Below, piece by piece: positions 37,710 to 47,363 of a DNA stretch of 64,000 bases. The number at the start of each line of letters is the position of its first letter. Position 1 is the first letter of the stretch. A model generated the notes under the pieces. That model saw only the letters and a list, made by a program, of their open reading frames with translations, was not told the DNA's origin and made no database searches. The translations under genes were made by a program, and so were the position numbers. Origin of the DNA: Candidatus Aminicenantes bacterium (lineage in GTDB: Bacteria > Acidobacteriota > Aminicenantia > Aminicenantales > UBA4085); NCBI GenBank assembly GCA_022866045.1, contig JALHTW010000126.1, positions 5,104 through 69,103 on the forward strand, written 5' to 3'.

Positions 37710-38114
37710 ATGAGTAGCGCCATGCAAAAAGTGACCGCGGCCGTCATCTGGAGAAACGGGGCGGTGCTCATCGCCAAACGAAAAACAAGGGGCTCGTTAG
37801 GCCCCACCTGGGAATTTCCGGGCGGCAAGCTCGAGCCCGGTGAAAGTCCAGAAGAATGCCTGCGCCGGGAGCTGAAAGAAGAGCTGGGCCTCGATGCCCG
37901 CATCGGTCGGTTCATCGGCGGCTTTCCGTTTCATTCGGCATCCCTGTCGATCGAGCTTCTCGCTTATCAGGCTTCGATCCAGGAAGGAGATTTCGTCCTG
38001 ACCGACCATGACGAGGTCTGCTGGGTACGACCGGACGAACTCCCGAGTTTCAATTTCACCCGCCCGGATTTTCCGCTGGTCAGGGTTTTGATCGAAAACG
38101 CAGAAGACCTATGA
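37710..38114 (+). CDS. NUDIX hydrolase (MutT-like (d)NTP pyrophosphohydrolase)
   Basis: Nudix box GGKLEPGESPEECLRRELKEELGL. Confidence 0.75.
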   Translation: MSSAMQKVTAAVIWRNGAVLIAKRKTRGSLGPTWEFPGGKLEPGESPEECLRRELKEELGLDARIGRFIGGFPFHSASLSIELLAYQASIQEGDFVLTDHDEVCWVRPDELPSFNFTRPDFPLVRVLIENAEDL

Positions 38115-38117
38115 ACT

Positions 38118-39290
38118 ATGATGGATAATTCCGCCGTCATCCTTCATAAGGGCAAAGACAAGGCCATCAAAAACCGGCACCATTGGATCTTCTCCGGGGC
38201 GGTCAAAACACTTCCCGATTTTGAGAACGGGAGCATCCTTGCCGTTCGCAGCGCAGACGGCGAATTCCTGGGCTGCGCCTATTTCAACAAAGAGAGTTCG
38301 ATCATCGGACGAATGATCAGCTTTGATGACAGGCCGCCGCTCGAAACCCTGAAAACGAACGTCGAACAGGCTTTAATCCTGCGGAAATCCTTTTTTGACG
38401 ACGACACGAACGCCTACCGCCTTATCAATGGGGAAGGAGACCGGATTCCCGGGCTCATCGTCGACCGGTACAAGGACGTGCTCGTCGTTCAGGTCTCCAC
38501 GGTCGGCATGGAAAAGTTGAAACCGTTCCTTGTCGACCTCCTGGTCCAAAAACTGTCGCCCCGCTCGGTCTATGAGAAATCCAACCTGCCATCGCGCCGC
38601 GAGGAAGGACTTCCGATGTTCGAAGGCCTCCTTTACGGAGAACCCGTGAGGACCATCGAAGTCCTCGAGAACGGCCTGCGCTTTCTCATCGATATCATCG
38701 AATCCCAAAAGACGGGCTTTTACCTCGACCAGCGGGAGATGAGGAAGCTTGTCCGAACCCTGTCCGGCGGCCGACGGGTCCTCAACGCTTTTTCTTACAC
38801 AGGCAGCTTTTCGGTTTTTGCTTTGGCCGGCGGCGCTGTCTCGGTGGACAGCGTAGATACGTCCGAGCGGGCGATCGAGCTGGCCCAGGAGAACTGCCGG
38901 ATAAACGGCTTCGCCGGCGGAAATATCCGCTTCCATGTCGCCGATGTCTTCGATTTCATCCGGGACCACAGCCTCGAGAACGACCTAGTTATCCTCGACC
39001 CGCCGGCCTTCGCCAAAAAGAAAAGCGATGTGGTCCGGGCTTGCCGCGGCTACAAGGACATTCATCGGCTCGTCTTTCAGAAGATCCCGCCGCAGAGCCT
39101 CGTCCTAACATTCTCGTGCTCGTTCTTCGTCGACGAAACTCTATTCCGCCAAGTCGTCTTCCAAGCGGCCCGAGAGGCCTCGCGCCAAATCCGCCTCCTG
39201 CAAAGACATCACCAGGCTTATGATCATCCGGTCAACATCTACCATCCGGAAAGCGATTATCTGAAAGGCCTGTTGCTCCACGTCGAATGA
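38118..39290 (+). CDS. rlmI: Class I SAM-dependent rRNA methyltransferase, RlmI/RlmK-like (PUA + MTase)
   Basis: 390 aa with the RlmI-like architecture (GLIVDRYKDVLVVQ, SAM-binding LNAFSYTGSFSVFA, DPPAFAKKK). Confidence 0.6.
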   Translation: MMDNSAVILHKGKDKAIKNRHHWIFSGAVKTLPDFENGSILAVRSADGEFLGCAYFNKESSIIGRMISFDDRPPLETLKTNVEQALILRKSFFDDDTNAYRLINGEGDRIPGLIVDRYKDVLVVQVSTVGMEKLKPFLVDLLVQKLSPRSVYEKSNLPSRREEGLPMFEGLLYGEPVRTIEVLENGLRFLIDIIESQKTGFYLDQREMRKLVRTLSGGRRVLNAFSYTGSFSVFALAGGAVSVDSVDTSERAIELAQENCRINGFAGGNIRFHVADVFDFIRDHSLENDLVILDPPAFAKKKSDVVRACRGYKDIHRLVFQKIPPQSLVLTFSCSFFVDETLFRQVVFQAAREASRQIRLLQRHHQAYDHPVNIYHPESDYLKGLLLHVE

Positions 39291-39796
39291 GATCCGAGGA
39301 GGTCAGAAATAACATGGAATATCCCCCCGAATTCAATAAGACGCTCATGACCGGCCGCCTCATCGGCGCAGCTATGGTCTCCGGCCTCTTCCTTTATTTC
39401 CTCGTCGTGGTGTTCTTAAAAGCCCATTTTGAACCTTTTTTAGGAGTTTCTCGCGTTCAAGGAATCCAAACGCTTCGCTTCGGCTTTTTCGGGGCAGCCG
39501 CCGTCGTTTCCATCCTCAACCGACTTATCAACGGCCGGCTTTTGAAAAACCGAATCCAGGGCGATTTAGATAGAGGCCTTCGCAGCCTTTTTCGAGCCTC
39601 TGTAATCTCTCTCGCCCTGGCCGAGGTGCCGGCTCTCATAGGGCTGGTTCTCTTTCTTTTGAGAGGCCTCGAGATGGATTTTTACGTCCTCTTATTCGTT
39701 TCGCTCGTGCTCGTCTTCATGTATTTCCCCCGTCAGAAAAGCTGGGAGGCTTACCTCCAGGACCAGCCCCTTTCCTGCCGCCTTGAGGTTAAATGA
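39287..39796 (+). CDS. Small integral membrane protein, hypothetical
   Basis: 169 aa with about four predicted TM helices. ATGA overlaps on both sides indicate operon membership. Confidence 0.4.
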   Translation: MRSEEVRNNMEYPPEFNKTLMTGRLIGAAMVSGLFLYFLVVVFLKAHFEPFLGVSRVQGIQTLRFGFFGAAAVVSILNRLINGRLLKNRIQGDLDRGLRSLFRASVISLALAEVPALIGLVLFLLRGLEMDFYVLLFVSLVLVFMYFPRQKSWEAYLQDQPLSCRLEVK

Positions 39797-41193
39797 TGAG
39801 AATCCAATTCCTGGGCGCCAACCGCCAGGTCACCGGCTCCCGGTATTTGCTCGAGGCCTCCGGAATGAAAATTCTTGTGGACTGCGGCCTTTTTCAGGAG
39901 AGGCTCTATCTTGAACGGAACTGGGAGCCTTTTCTTGTCCCGCCCGAAGAGATCGACGTCATCCTTCTGACGCACGCGCACCTGGATCATTCGGGATTAA
40001 TCCCACGGCTGATCAAGGAAGGATTCTCCCGAAAAATCATGGCAACCGGAGCTTCCGTTGATCTTGCCAGAATCGTCCTCCTCGATTCCGCACATATCCA
40101 GGAAGAAGACGCGGCTTTTAAGAAAAAGCGCCATCAAAAAGAAGACCGCCACGGCCTTTATCCGGAGATCCCTCTTTATACCGTCGAGGACGCCCGAAAG
40201 TCATTCCCCCTGTTTGAGACCGTCCCTTACCTTCAACCCGTCCATTTGAACGATCATATCACCGTGCGCTACCATGACGCGGGTCACATCTTAGGGTCCT
40301 CGATGCTGGAGCTGGATGTCGGAGAAAACGGAAAAAGGCGGAAGATCATTTTTTCGGGGGACATCGGGCAGTGGGGCAAACCGCTCGTCCACGATCCGTC
40401 CGTTTTCGCCGCGGCCGATATCGTGGTCATGGAATCGACCTACGGCGACCGAAACCATGAAGACCCCGGTCCGATCGATGACCTGCTGGCAAGGATCATC
40501 TGTGACACCACTGCGCGCGGCGGCCATGTCGTCATTCCGGTCTTTGCCTTGGAACGGGCCCAGGAGCTTATGTTTTACCTCAGCAAGCTCAGGCGAGAGG
40601 GCCGGATCCCTCGTCTGCCTGTTTTCCTCGACAGCCCCATGGCTGTCGAGGTGACAAAAATCTTCGCCCGTTATCCAGCCCTCCTTGACCATGAAGCCGC
40701 GAACCTCTTGAAAGCAGGCCAGCCGCCGTTCGCTTTCCCGGGCCTTAAGCTCCTGACATCGATCGAGGAGTCAAAGAGTGTCAACCAGATCACGAGCCCG
40801 TGCATTATTATGGCCGGATCGGGCATGTGTACGGGTGGCAGGATCAAGCATCATCTCGCCCACAATATCGAACACCCCGAATCCACGGTCCTTTTCGTCG
40901 GATACCAGGCGAAGAACACGCTCGGACGACAGATCCTTGAAGGCCAATCCCAAGTTCGGATCAACGGCAAAATGTATCAAGTTAGAGCCCGAATCTCTAG
41001 AATTGAGGGAATTTCGGGACATGCCGGAAAAGACGACTTGCTGCGCTGGCTGAAGGCTTTCAAAACCGCGCCGGAGCATCTCTTTTTGACCCACGGCGAT
41101 GAAGAGACTTCCCTCAGCCTGGCCGCATTCCTCGAGCAGGAGAAACGCTGGCCGGTCGCCGTTCCGCTCTACAAAGAAATTATTGAGCTTTGA
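39793..41193 (+). CDS. MBL-fold metallo-hydrolase with beta-CASP/RNA-metabolising domain (RNase J/CPSF-like)
   Basis: HAHLDHSG motif followed by beta-CASP and a C-terminal RMMBL-like region. 466 aa. Confidence 0.7.
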   Translation: MMRIQFLGANRQVTGSRYLLEASGMKILVDCGLFQERLYLERNWEPFLVPPEEIDVILLTHAHLDHSGLIPRLIKEGFSRKIMATGASVDLARIVLLDSAHIQEEDAAFKKKRHQKEDRHGLYPEIPLYTVEDARKSFPLFETVPYLQPVHLNDHITVRYHDAGHILGSSMLELDVGENGKRRKIIFSGDIGQWGKPLVHDPSVFAAADIVVMESTYGDRNHEDPGPIDDLLARIICDTTARGGHVVIPVFALERAQELMFYLSKLRREGRIPRLPVFLDSPMAVEVTKIFARYPALLDHEAANLLKAGQPPFAFPGLKLLTSIEESKSVNQITSPCIIMAGSGMCTGGRIKHHLAHNIEHPESTVLFVGYQAKNTLGRQILEGQSQVRINGKMYQVRARISRIEGISGHAGKDDLLRWLKAFKTAPEHLFLTHGDEETSLSLAAFLEQEKRWPVAVPLYKEIIEL

Positions 41194-41313
41194 AAATAAC
41201 CGATCAAAAAAGCCTCTTTCTCGGTTCCTCTTGAAGGGATCTTTCTCGAAGAATTCTCCAAAAAATGGCGCTTGGGCAGCCTTAATTTGTCCTAAAAAAA
41301 TCTTTAAACCATC

Positions 41314-43029
41314 TCAGAAAGAAAGAATATGCGAAGCGACGGTGGCGCCGACCCCGATGCCGGGGGGAATGTTGGTCCATGGATGGTTGTTGCCGGATCG
41401 GACATAGTTCACCCGGACAATGTCCTTGTTCAGCGTCAATTTCGTATAGCCGGACGGACCCCAGAAATCCGTCTGGAGAGAGACGGGCTGCGGGTCCGCC
41501 TGATAATGGCCCCAGCTTCCATAATGTTTCTGCCAGAGAGGGCCTTTATACCAATAGTCCTCCCCGAACCATTTCGGTGACCCCAAACGAACGCCGTACA
41601 TTTTCCTCGCTGTGCCGCCGCAGGGCGCAGGAATCTCCCGGACGTGAAAAATATGATCATGGCCGTAAAAATGGACGCTTACCCCTCCGTCCCGCATGAT
41701 CTTTGTCAGTTCCACCTGTTCGACCAGATTAGGATCGGCCGCGTAGCCTTCGTAATCCGGAGCGACATAGAGAGGCCCGCGGCCGTATGCATATTCAACT
41801 TCCTCTTCGTTCGAGCCGCGCGGCCAGCCGCCGAGGACATGGTGAAAGAACACAAACTTCCAGTCGGTCTCATACCGGAGCGCATTTTTGAGCCAGTCCT
41901 TTTGCCCGGCGCCGATGGTCCAATCTTCCGCTTTCCCGGGAGAGACCGGATTATAGCTCTCGTTGTCGAGGACAAGAAAAAGAGGGACGCCTTTCCCGAC
42001 CGTTTCAGCCCCCCAGAAGAGCGGAAAATAATTTTCCTCTGCTGCGCCGCCCTGGCGAAGGCCGGGCTGCTTGAAATATTTTTTCCTGTATTTCCTGGCC
42101 TGATTCTTAGCCGGGTCGTATCCGGATTCGCCATCATGGTTCCCTTGGCAAAGATAGATGGGAATCGAGGGGGTCAGAGCCGAAAAGATCCTCCGCATCC
42201 GGAGCCAGAAGAGTTGGGCATAATTGTCAACCTCTTGCTCGGACAGCCCGGATGCCGGGCTTTTAAGGCCGAGACCCTCCCATTTATATGGGGCCCCAAT
42301 TCCCGTTGAATCGCCGCCGAGGATGATGAAATCCGGATGCTCATATTTCAAAATCGCAAGGAGTGTCGAGGCCATCATGAAAGCGTTCAACGTTTTGCGG
42401 AGGTCGGAATCCGGCGCCGGATAGTAATCCGGATTTTTGGCCAATTCCTTCAAGATGGAATTCACATATTCTCCGGACAACCGTTGCTGGCACAGCAGGG
42501 GATCATGGACGATGCGCGTTCCCTGGTCAGCATCATCAAACGTGTGGTCGTCGCTGATAAAGATGGCTTCCAGCCGGCCGGTCCGAAGATAAGAGGCCGG
42601 CGTCTTAACCCGTCGTTCGGGGGTCGATCTCCAGCTCCCCTTGCCGATCTCCCTGTACTCCAGCCGGTACCTGAATTCGGGTTCCAGGGACGGAACGAGG
42701 ATCGGAATATCGAAACTGTCTTTGAGGCCCGAATAGGCTTGAACAGACCCGCCCGCGATCGAATTTTCGCTCGGCGACCGATAGAGACGGATATCCAAGT
42801 TTTTGCCCTGCTTGGGGATGACGTTCAGGACCGCCTCGCTTTGGCCGAGAAAGACGAACCGCTCGGCAGCCTCAAAGAGTTCGGCGTCGTAAGGGAAGGT
42901 CTCGGGATCGGCATCGAGATTGGACGGCCAAAGGCTATCACGGCGCTGCCGGCGCACGGCGCAGGCCAAGTCCGGAAGGGCCGCCGTTAGGGCCCCGGCA
43001 GCCCGCCTGAAAAAATCCCGTCTATTCAT
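41314..43029 (-). CDS. Tat-exported metallophosphoesterase (PhoD-like / purple-acid-phosphatase-like)
   Basis: Tat signal MNRRDFFRRAAGAL. Calcineurin-like motifs CQGNHDGE and GHDHIFH. 571 aa from the ATG at 43029. Confidence 0.6.
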   Translation of the reverse strand: MNRRDFFRRAAGALTAALPDLACAVRRQRRDSLWPSNLDADPETFPYDAELFEAAERFVFLGQSEAVLNVIPKQGKNLDIRLYRSPSENSIAGGSVQAYSGLKDSFDIPILVPSLEPEFRYRLEYREIGKGSWRSTPERRVKTPASYLRTGRLEAIFISDDHTFDDADQGTRIVHDPLLCQQRLSGEYVNSILKELAKNPDYYPAPDSDLRKTLNAFMMASTLLAILKYEHPDFIILGGDSTGIGAPYKWEGLGLKSPASGLSEQEVDNYAQLFWLRMRRIFSALTPSIPIYLCQGNHDGESGYDPAKNQARKYRKKYFKQPGLRQGGAAEENYFPLFWGAETVGKGVPLFLVLDNESYNPVSPGKAEDWTIGAGQKDWLKNALRYETDWKFVFFHHVLGGWPRGSNEEEVEYAYGRGPLYVAPDYEGYAADPNLVEQVELTKIMRDGGVSVHFYGHDHIFHVREIPAPCGGTARKMYGVRLGSPKWFGEDYWYKGPLWQKHYGSWGHYQADPQPVSLQTDFWGPSGYTKLTLNKDIVRVNYVRSGNNHPWTNIPPGIGVGATVASHILSF

Positions 43030-43601
43030 TATTTTTCGGAAATTTTCCTTCGAGATAATATATCCTAAGCACAAGCGAGATTCAAACTAGAACGGCTGAG
43101 GGGCATCCGGATCCGCGAAGGCCTTCAAGGAGCTTTCGATAACGTGGGGATAGCGTTAGCTCCTTGGCTGCGCTTTTTCTGCCTGCGGCGTCGAGGAAAA
43201 TAGCTGTCCGACCGAAAGGAGAGCTGAGATCAGGATCCCGGGACGTTTTCTCAAAAATGGACCTGTGAGTAATTCTTTTTCCGGTGTCAGACCAATTTCG
43301 GGCGGGGTCCTGTCGCGGCTCTTCCCCGGCCGTGCTCGCGGCCAGGCCGCTGCGCGCGGGCGGGGAGCCCCTTCGCCGCGCCACCCCTGCTCGACGAGTG
43401 GCGCTCCGGAAAAAGAATTACTTCGAATGCACCTTGAATGCTATTTTTTTTCAAATAACTATTTTATAATTCAAAGCCTCTCGTTTGTAAGGAGAGAGCA
43501 AATCAATGATGGGTCCTGTCGCCGGCGACCCTCGTCGTCCTCGCCACCGATCACTATTTGATTTCTCAAAAAACGAAAGACTTTCAGGGATGGGAGGTCG
43601 A

Positions 43602-46600
43602 ATGATGAAAAAGAAAAAGCTCGTTGTCTTTGAATGGCTGTTGATTCTCCTTTTATGGGCATTGTTGCCGGCCAAGGGCTGGTCGCAGAGCGCAGAGCAA
43701 GCCGGAAAATTCTTCGAGAAGTTCTTGTGGCGGGCCATAGGCCCGGCATTGATGGGCGGCCGGACCGTGGATATCGAAGCCGTGGAAAAACAGCCGTGGA
43801 TCATCTATGCCGCCATCGGCCCGAGCGGCGTCTGGAAGTCGGAAAACGCGGGCACGACCTGGGACCCGGTTTTTTTCAAAGAGAATACGGTTTCCGTCGG
43901 CGACATCGCCATCGCCCAGTCCAGTCCGAACATCATCTGGGCCGGCACTGGAGAGGCCACCTGCCGGAACAGCGTCACCATCGGTGACGGCGTCTATAAA
44001 TCCACGGACAGCGGAAAGACCTGGACGAACATGGGGCTCAAAGACACGCGCCACATCAGCCGAATCCTCGTCAACCGCGGCGATCCGAACATCGTCTATG
44101 TCGCGGCCATGGGACATCTCTGGGGCCCGAACCAGGACCGCGGCGTCTATAAAACGATCGACGGCGGCAAGACCTGGAACAAGGTCCTCTATATCAATGA
44201 GAACACGGGGATTTCGGATCTGGCCATAGACTATGGCGACAGCCAGGTCCTCTATGCCGGCGCTTATGAACATCGCCGGCTGCCGTGGATCTACACGAGC
44301 GGAGGGCAGGGAAGCGGGCTCTATAAATCCACGGACGGCGGAGTGACCTGGAAAAAGCTGACCAAGGACCTCCCTGAAGGTGTCGTCGGACGGATCGGGC
44401 TCGACACGTCCCGGAGCAATCCGGGCATTGTCTATGCCCTGATCGAGCACAGAGAAGGGAGTGTCTTCCGGTCCGAGGACCGGGGAGAAAGCTGGAAAAG
44501 GATGTGCTCGACGGACCGGTTCAAGCAGGTGGCCAACCGCCCGTTCTATTACAGCCAGGTCCGCGTCGATCCGAACAATGACAAGACGATTTACATCCTG
44601 GCGATGGGGCTGACCGTTTCGCGCGACGGAGGACAAAATTTCTTTGGCATCGGAAGCGGCATCCATCCCGACCACCACGCGCTCTGGATCGATCCCGGAA
44701 ATTCCCTCCACCTCCTCGAGGGCAACGACGGAGGCATCGACATTTCTTGGGATGGCGGAAAGACCTGGATCGACATCCAGGCGATCGACGCCGCAGAAGT
44801 CTACCAGGTCGGCTATGACATGAGGGATCCTTATTACGTCTATTGCGGTCTGCAGGACAACAACACTTGGGGCGGACCGAGCAGCAGCCTCGACACAGCC
44901 GGCGTTTTGAACGCGGACTGGTTCGTGATCAACGGCGGCGATGGTTTTTTTGCCGTGCCCGATCCGACGGACCCGAACACCGTTTATTCCAACTACCAAA
45001 TGAACGGCATGTCGCGCTTCGACGGCCGGATCAACGGCGGCAAATCCGTGCGGCCGCAGGCCTCCCTGAGCGAGCCGCCGTACAGGTTCAACTGGAACTC
45101 TCCGATCCATATCTCGCCGCATGACTCGAACGTCGTCTATTGCGGCGCCCAATTCCTTTTAAGATCGGCCGACCGCGGACAGTCCTGGCAGGTGGCGAGT
45201 CCTGACCTCACGACGAACGACCCGTCCAAACAGAAGGATTCAGGAGGTTCGATCACGCCCGATAACTCGGGCGCGGAAAGCCACTCGACGATCACGACGA
45301 TCGCGGAATCCCCGGTCAGAAAGGGCGTGATCTGGTGCGGGTCAGACGATGGCTACGTCCAAGTCACTCAGGACGAAGGCAAGACATGGACGAATGTTGT
45401 CAAAAATATCAAGGGGCTGCCGCCCAATATCTGGTGCTCCCGGATCGAGGCGTCGCATTTCGATGCCGGGACCGCCTATGCCTCTTTTGACGGCCACCAG
45501 ACGGATGATTACGCCCCCTATATATTTAAGACCACGGACTTAGGCAAAACCTGGAAACCGATCAAGGCTAATCTTCCCTTCGGCTGGGTCCGCGTCGTGC
45601 GCGAGGACCTGAAGAATAAAAATTTATTGTTTGCCGGAACGGAGTTCGGCATTTTCGCCTCGCTCGACGGCGGGACAAGCTGGTTTTCGCTGAAAAACAA
45701 CCTTCCGACCGTGACCGTCTATGACATCGCCATCCATCCCCGGACAAACGACCTCATTATCGGGACGCACGGCCGGGGCATCTGGATCATGGATGACATT
45801 TCATTCCTCCAGGAAATGAGGCCCGAAGTGCTGGCCAAGGACAGCCACCTCTTCGGAGTTTCTCCGGCCACGGCGTTCTATATGTCCTCGATCCGGGATC
45901 CGTTCGGCAAACCCGGCTTCGCCGGGAAAAACAGGCCGTTCGGACTGACGATCACGATCTATACGAAAGCCGAACCCAAGGAACAACCCAAGGCGATGGC
46001 CACCAACGCCCAAGGACGAATGGTTTTCGAGACCAAATTCCCTAAAAAAGCAGGTCTGCAGCGGTTCACCTGGAACTTGATGTTTGGGCCCGAAAAGGAC
46101 GGAAAAAAAATCACGCCGTCGGCGGCAATAGGACTCCTTTCCCCCTTAACCCTGCCGGGCGAGTACACGATCACTCTCGATGTCGATGGCACGAAATCCC
46201 AAGCAAAGACGGCCATCGCCCCCGATCCTCGGCTGGCCATGAACGAGGACGATCGGGCCCTCCTGTACGAAACGGTGGCGCAAACAATGATCGTCACCCA
46301 AAGAATGGCCCTGGCCGTGACGGCCGCGCGGAATCTTCGTGACCAGATCCCCAAACTCGATGAGGGACTGAAGAAAGCGGCCCCGGCTTCCGACGCTCTG
46401 GCCCAGGCCGCAAAAGCCTTTACCGAAAAGGCCGGGGCCTTGGCTGATGAGATCATCCCCAAGGAATTGCTCTCTTTAAATTCGCGCGAACTATCGCTCC
46501 GCGGCGGTTCGATCAACCAGATCCTGATGTCTTTAGGGAACTCACTGGCGAGCTTTCCCGGCCCTCCGACCGCCACCGAGATCCGGCAGGTCGGAGAAAT

Positions 46601-46727
46601 CGAAGAGATCGTGGCTTCATGGGTTCGTCGGTTGAACGAATTGATCGCGACCGACCTGCCGAAGCTCAACGAGGTGCTGAAAGCGCATAACGTCCCGCTG
46701 TTGACGGTTCCCCAGGAGATCAAATAG
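43602..46727 (+). CDS. Large secreted BNR/Asp-box repeat protein (sortilin/VPS10- or GH74-like beta-propellers)
   Basis: RBS gggagg and signal peptide. At least nine S/TxDxGxTW BNR motifs (STDSGKTW, TIDGGKTW, STDGGVTW, SEDRGESW, ...). 1042 aa. Confidence 0.65.
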   Translation: MMKKKKLVVFEWLLILLLWALLPAKGWSQSAEQAGKFFEKFLWRAIGPALMGGRTVDIEAVEKQPWIIYAAIGPSGVWKSENAGTTWDPVFFKENTVSVGDIAIAQSSPNIIWAGTGEATCRNSVTIGDGVYKSTDSGKTWTNMGLKDTRHISRILVNRGDPNIVYVAAMGHLWGPNQDRGVYKTIDGGKTWNKVLYINENTGISDLAIDYGDSQVLYAGAYEHRRLPWIYTSGGQGSGLYKSTDGGVTWKKLTKDLPEGVVGRIGLDTSRSNPGIVYALIEHREGSVFRSEDRGESWKRMCSTDRFKQVANRPFYYSQVRVDPNNDKTIYILAMGLTVSRDGGQNFFGIGSGIHPDHHALWIDPGNSLHLLEGNDGGIDISWDGGKTWIDIQAIDAAEVYQVGYDMRDPYYVYCGLQDNNTWGGPSSSLDTAGVLNADWFVINGGDGFFAVPDPTDPNTVYSNYQMNGMSRFDGRINGGKSVRPQASLSEPPYRFNWNSPIHISPHDSNVVYCGAQFLLRSADRGQSWQVASPDLTTNDPSKQKDSGGSITPDNSGAESHSTITTIAESPVRKGVIWCGSDDGYVQVTQDEGKTWTNVVKNIKGLPPNIWCSRIEASHFDAGTAYASFDGHQTDDYAPYIFKTTDLGKTWKPIKANLPFGWVRVVREDLKNKNLLFAGTEFGIFASLDGGTSWFSLKNNLPTVTVYDIAIHPRTNDLIIGTHGRGIWIMDDISFLQEMRPEVLAKDSHLFGVSPATAFYMSSIRDPFGKPGFAGKNRPFGLTITIYTKAEPKEQPKAMATNAQGRMVFETKFPKKAGLQRFTWNLMFGPEKDGKKITPSAAIGLLSPLTLPGEYTITLDVDGTKSQAKTAIAPDPRLAMNEDDRALLYETVAQTMIVTQRMALAVTAARNLRDQIPKLDEGLKKAAPASDALAQAAKAFTEKAGALADEIIPKELLSLNSRELSLRGGSINQILMSLGNSLASFPGPPTATEIRQVGEIEEIVASWVRRLNELIATDLPKLNEVLKAHNVPLLTVPQEIK

Positions 46728-47340
46728 AAGGAGGAAGCCGGCGGGTGGTGAAGCTCCGATCCGCGTAGAAATTGATCCGGAAGGAATTCGATTTCCGCGG
46801 GATCATCATGCAGGAGTCGTTGAGCCTGACGCCTATGGACGCTGCATCGACCTTCTGGAAAAGAAACTTCTGCTCCTCGAGCGGCCAGCCCCGGTAGCCG
46901 GGCGAAAACCTTTTGCTCGGCCAAAGTCCTCGGCGCAACGCTTCTTCCACAATGCGGCGCTCGGCCTGCTTGAAGACCTGGACGATCGCGTCCGTCCCGA
47001 AGGCATCCAGGATGAGCCCTTTGAGCATGTCGCCCTCTTTGAACGCCGTTTCGATCTCGGCCTCAAGCGCCGGTCCGATGGTCACGACGCCGAGGGCGAC
47101 CATGACCGCTTTGTCGAAGATGCGGTTCCCGTTTGTTTCTTCGTGACGGATAATCGTATAAGCCGCCTTAGGCGCCAACAGAGCTGGAAGGCGGCTTTCG
47201 GTGTCCTTCAATAGAGCGAGCAGGGAAGGGGCCGCCGATCTCAATCCGTTCCTGCTGCCGAGGCGAACAAGGACTTTTCCTTCGTCCCAGCGAAAGTCAA
47301 AGTCAGCGAGGATGATCTGCTCGGCCATTTTGGGTAACAT
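46720..47340 (-). CDS. Stand-alone homologue of the methionine synthase B12 reactivation (AdoMet-binding) domain, PF02965-like
   Basis: C-terminal SKRFSPGYRGWPLEEQKFLFQKVDAASIGVRLNDSCMMIPRKSNSFRINFYAD aligns with my recollection of the MetH activation domain (R.APGYPACP...IG..LTESFAMWP.ASVSG.YF..PD). ATG at 47340; an alternative TTG at 47367 overlaps the MttB stop. Confidence 0.5.
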   Translation of the reverse strand: MLPKMAEQIILADFDFRWDEGKVLVRLGSRNGLRSAAPSLLALLKDTESRLPALLAPKAAYTIIRHEETNGNRIFDKAVMVALGVVTIGPALEAEIETAFKEGDMLKGLILDAFGTDAIVQVFKQAERRIVEEALRRGLWPSKRFSPGYRGWPLEEQKFLFQKVDAASIGVRLNDSCMMIPRKSNSFRINFYADRSFTTRRLPPSI

Positions 47341-47363
47341 CGTGACCGGCTCTTGGCTGCCTG

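Noticed and set aside
43082-43384. 100-aa ORF in the phosphoesterase/BNR intergenic region
   Set aside because: Low-complexity Arg/Pro/Ser-rich translation with no RBS, on the strand opposite to both flanking promoters. Most likely a GC-driven artefact.
43653-45152. Long antisense ORFs inside real genes. Examples: 43653-45152(-), 9684-10712(-), 59894-61258(+), 47496-48212(+), 48815-49552(+), 50235-50972(+), 51251-52063(+), 26619-27614(-), 36722-37597(+), 57431-58345(+), 3395-4177(+)
   Set aside because: These are typical high-GC open frames opposite well-supported genes (BNR protein, GH63, Lon, MttB, RamA, permease, PurH, GlgA, Rho, NifS). Their translations are Arg/Pro/Gly-rich low-complexity with no domain signatures.
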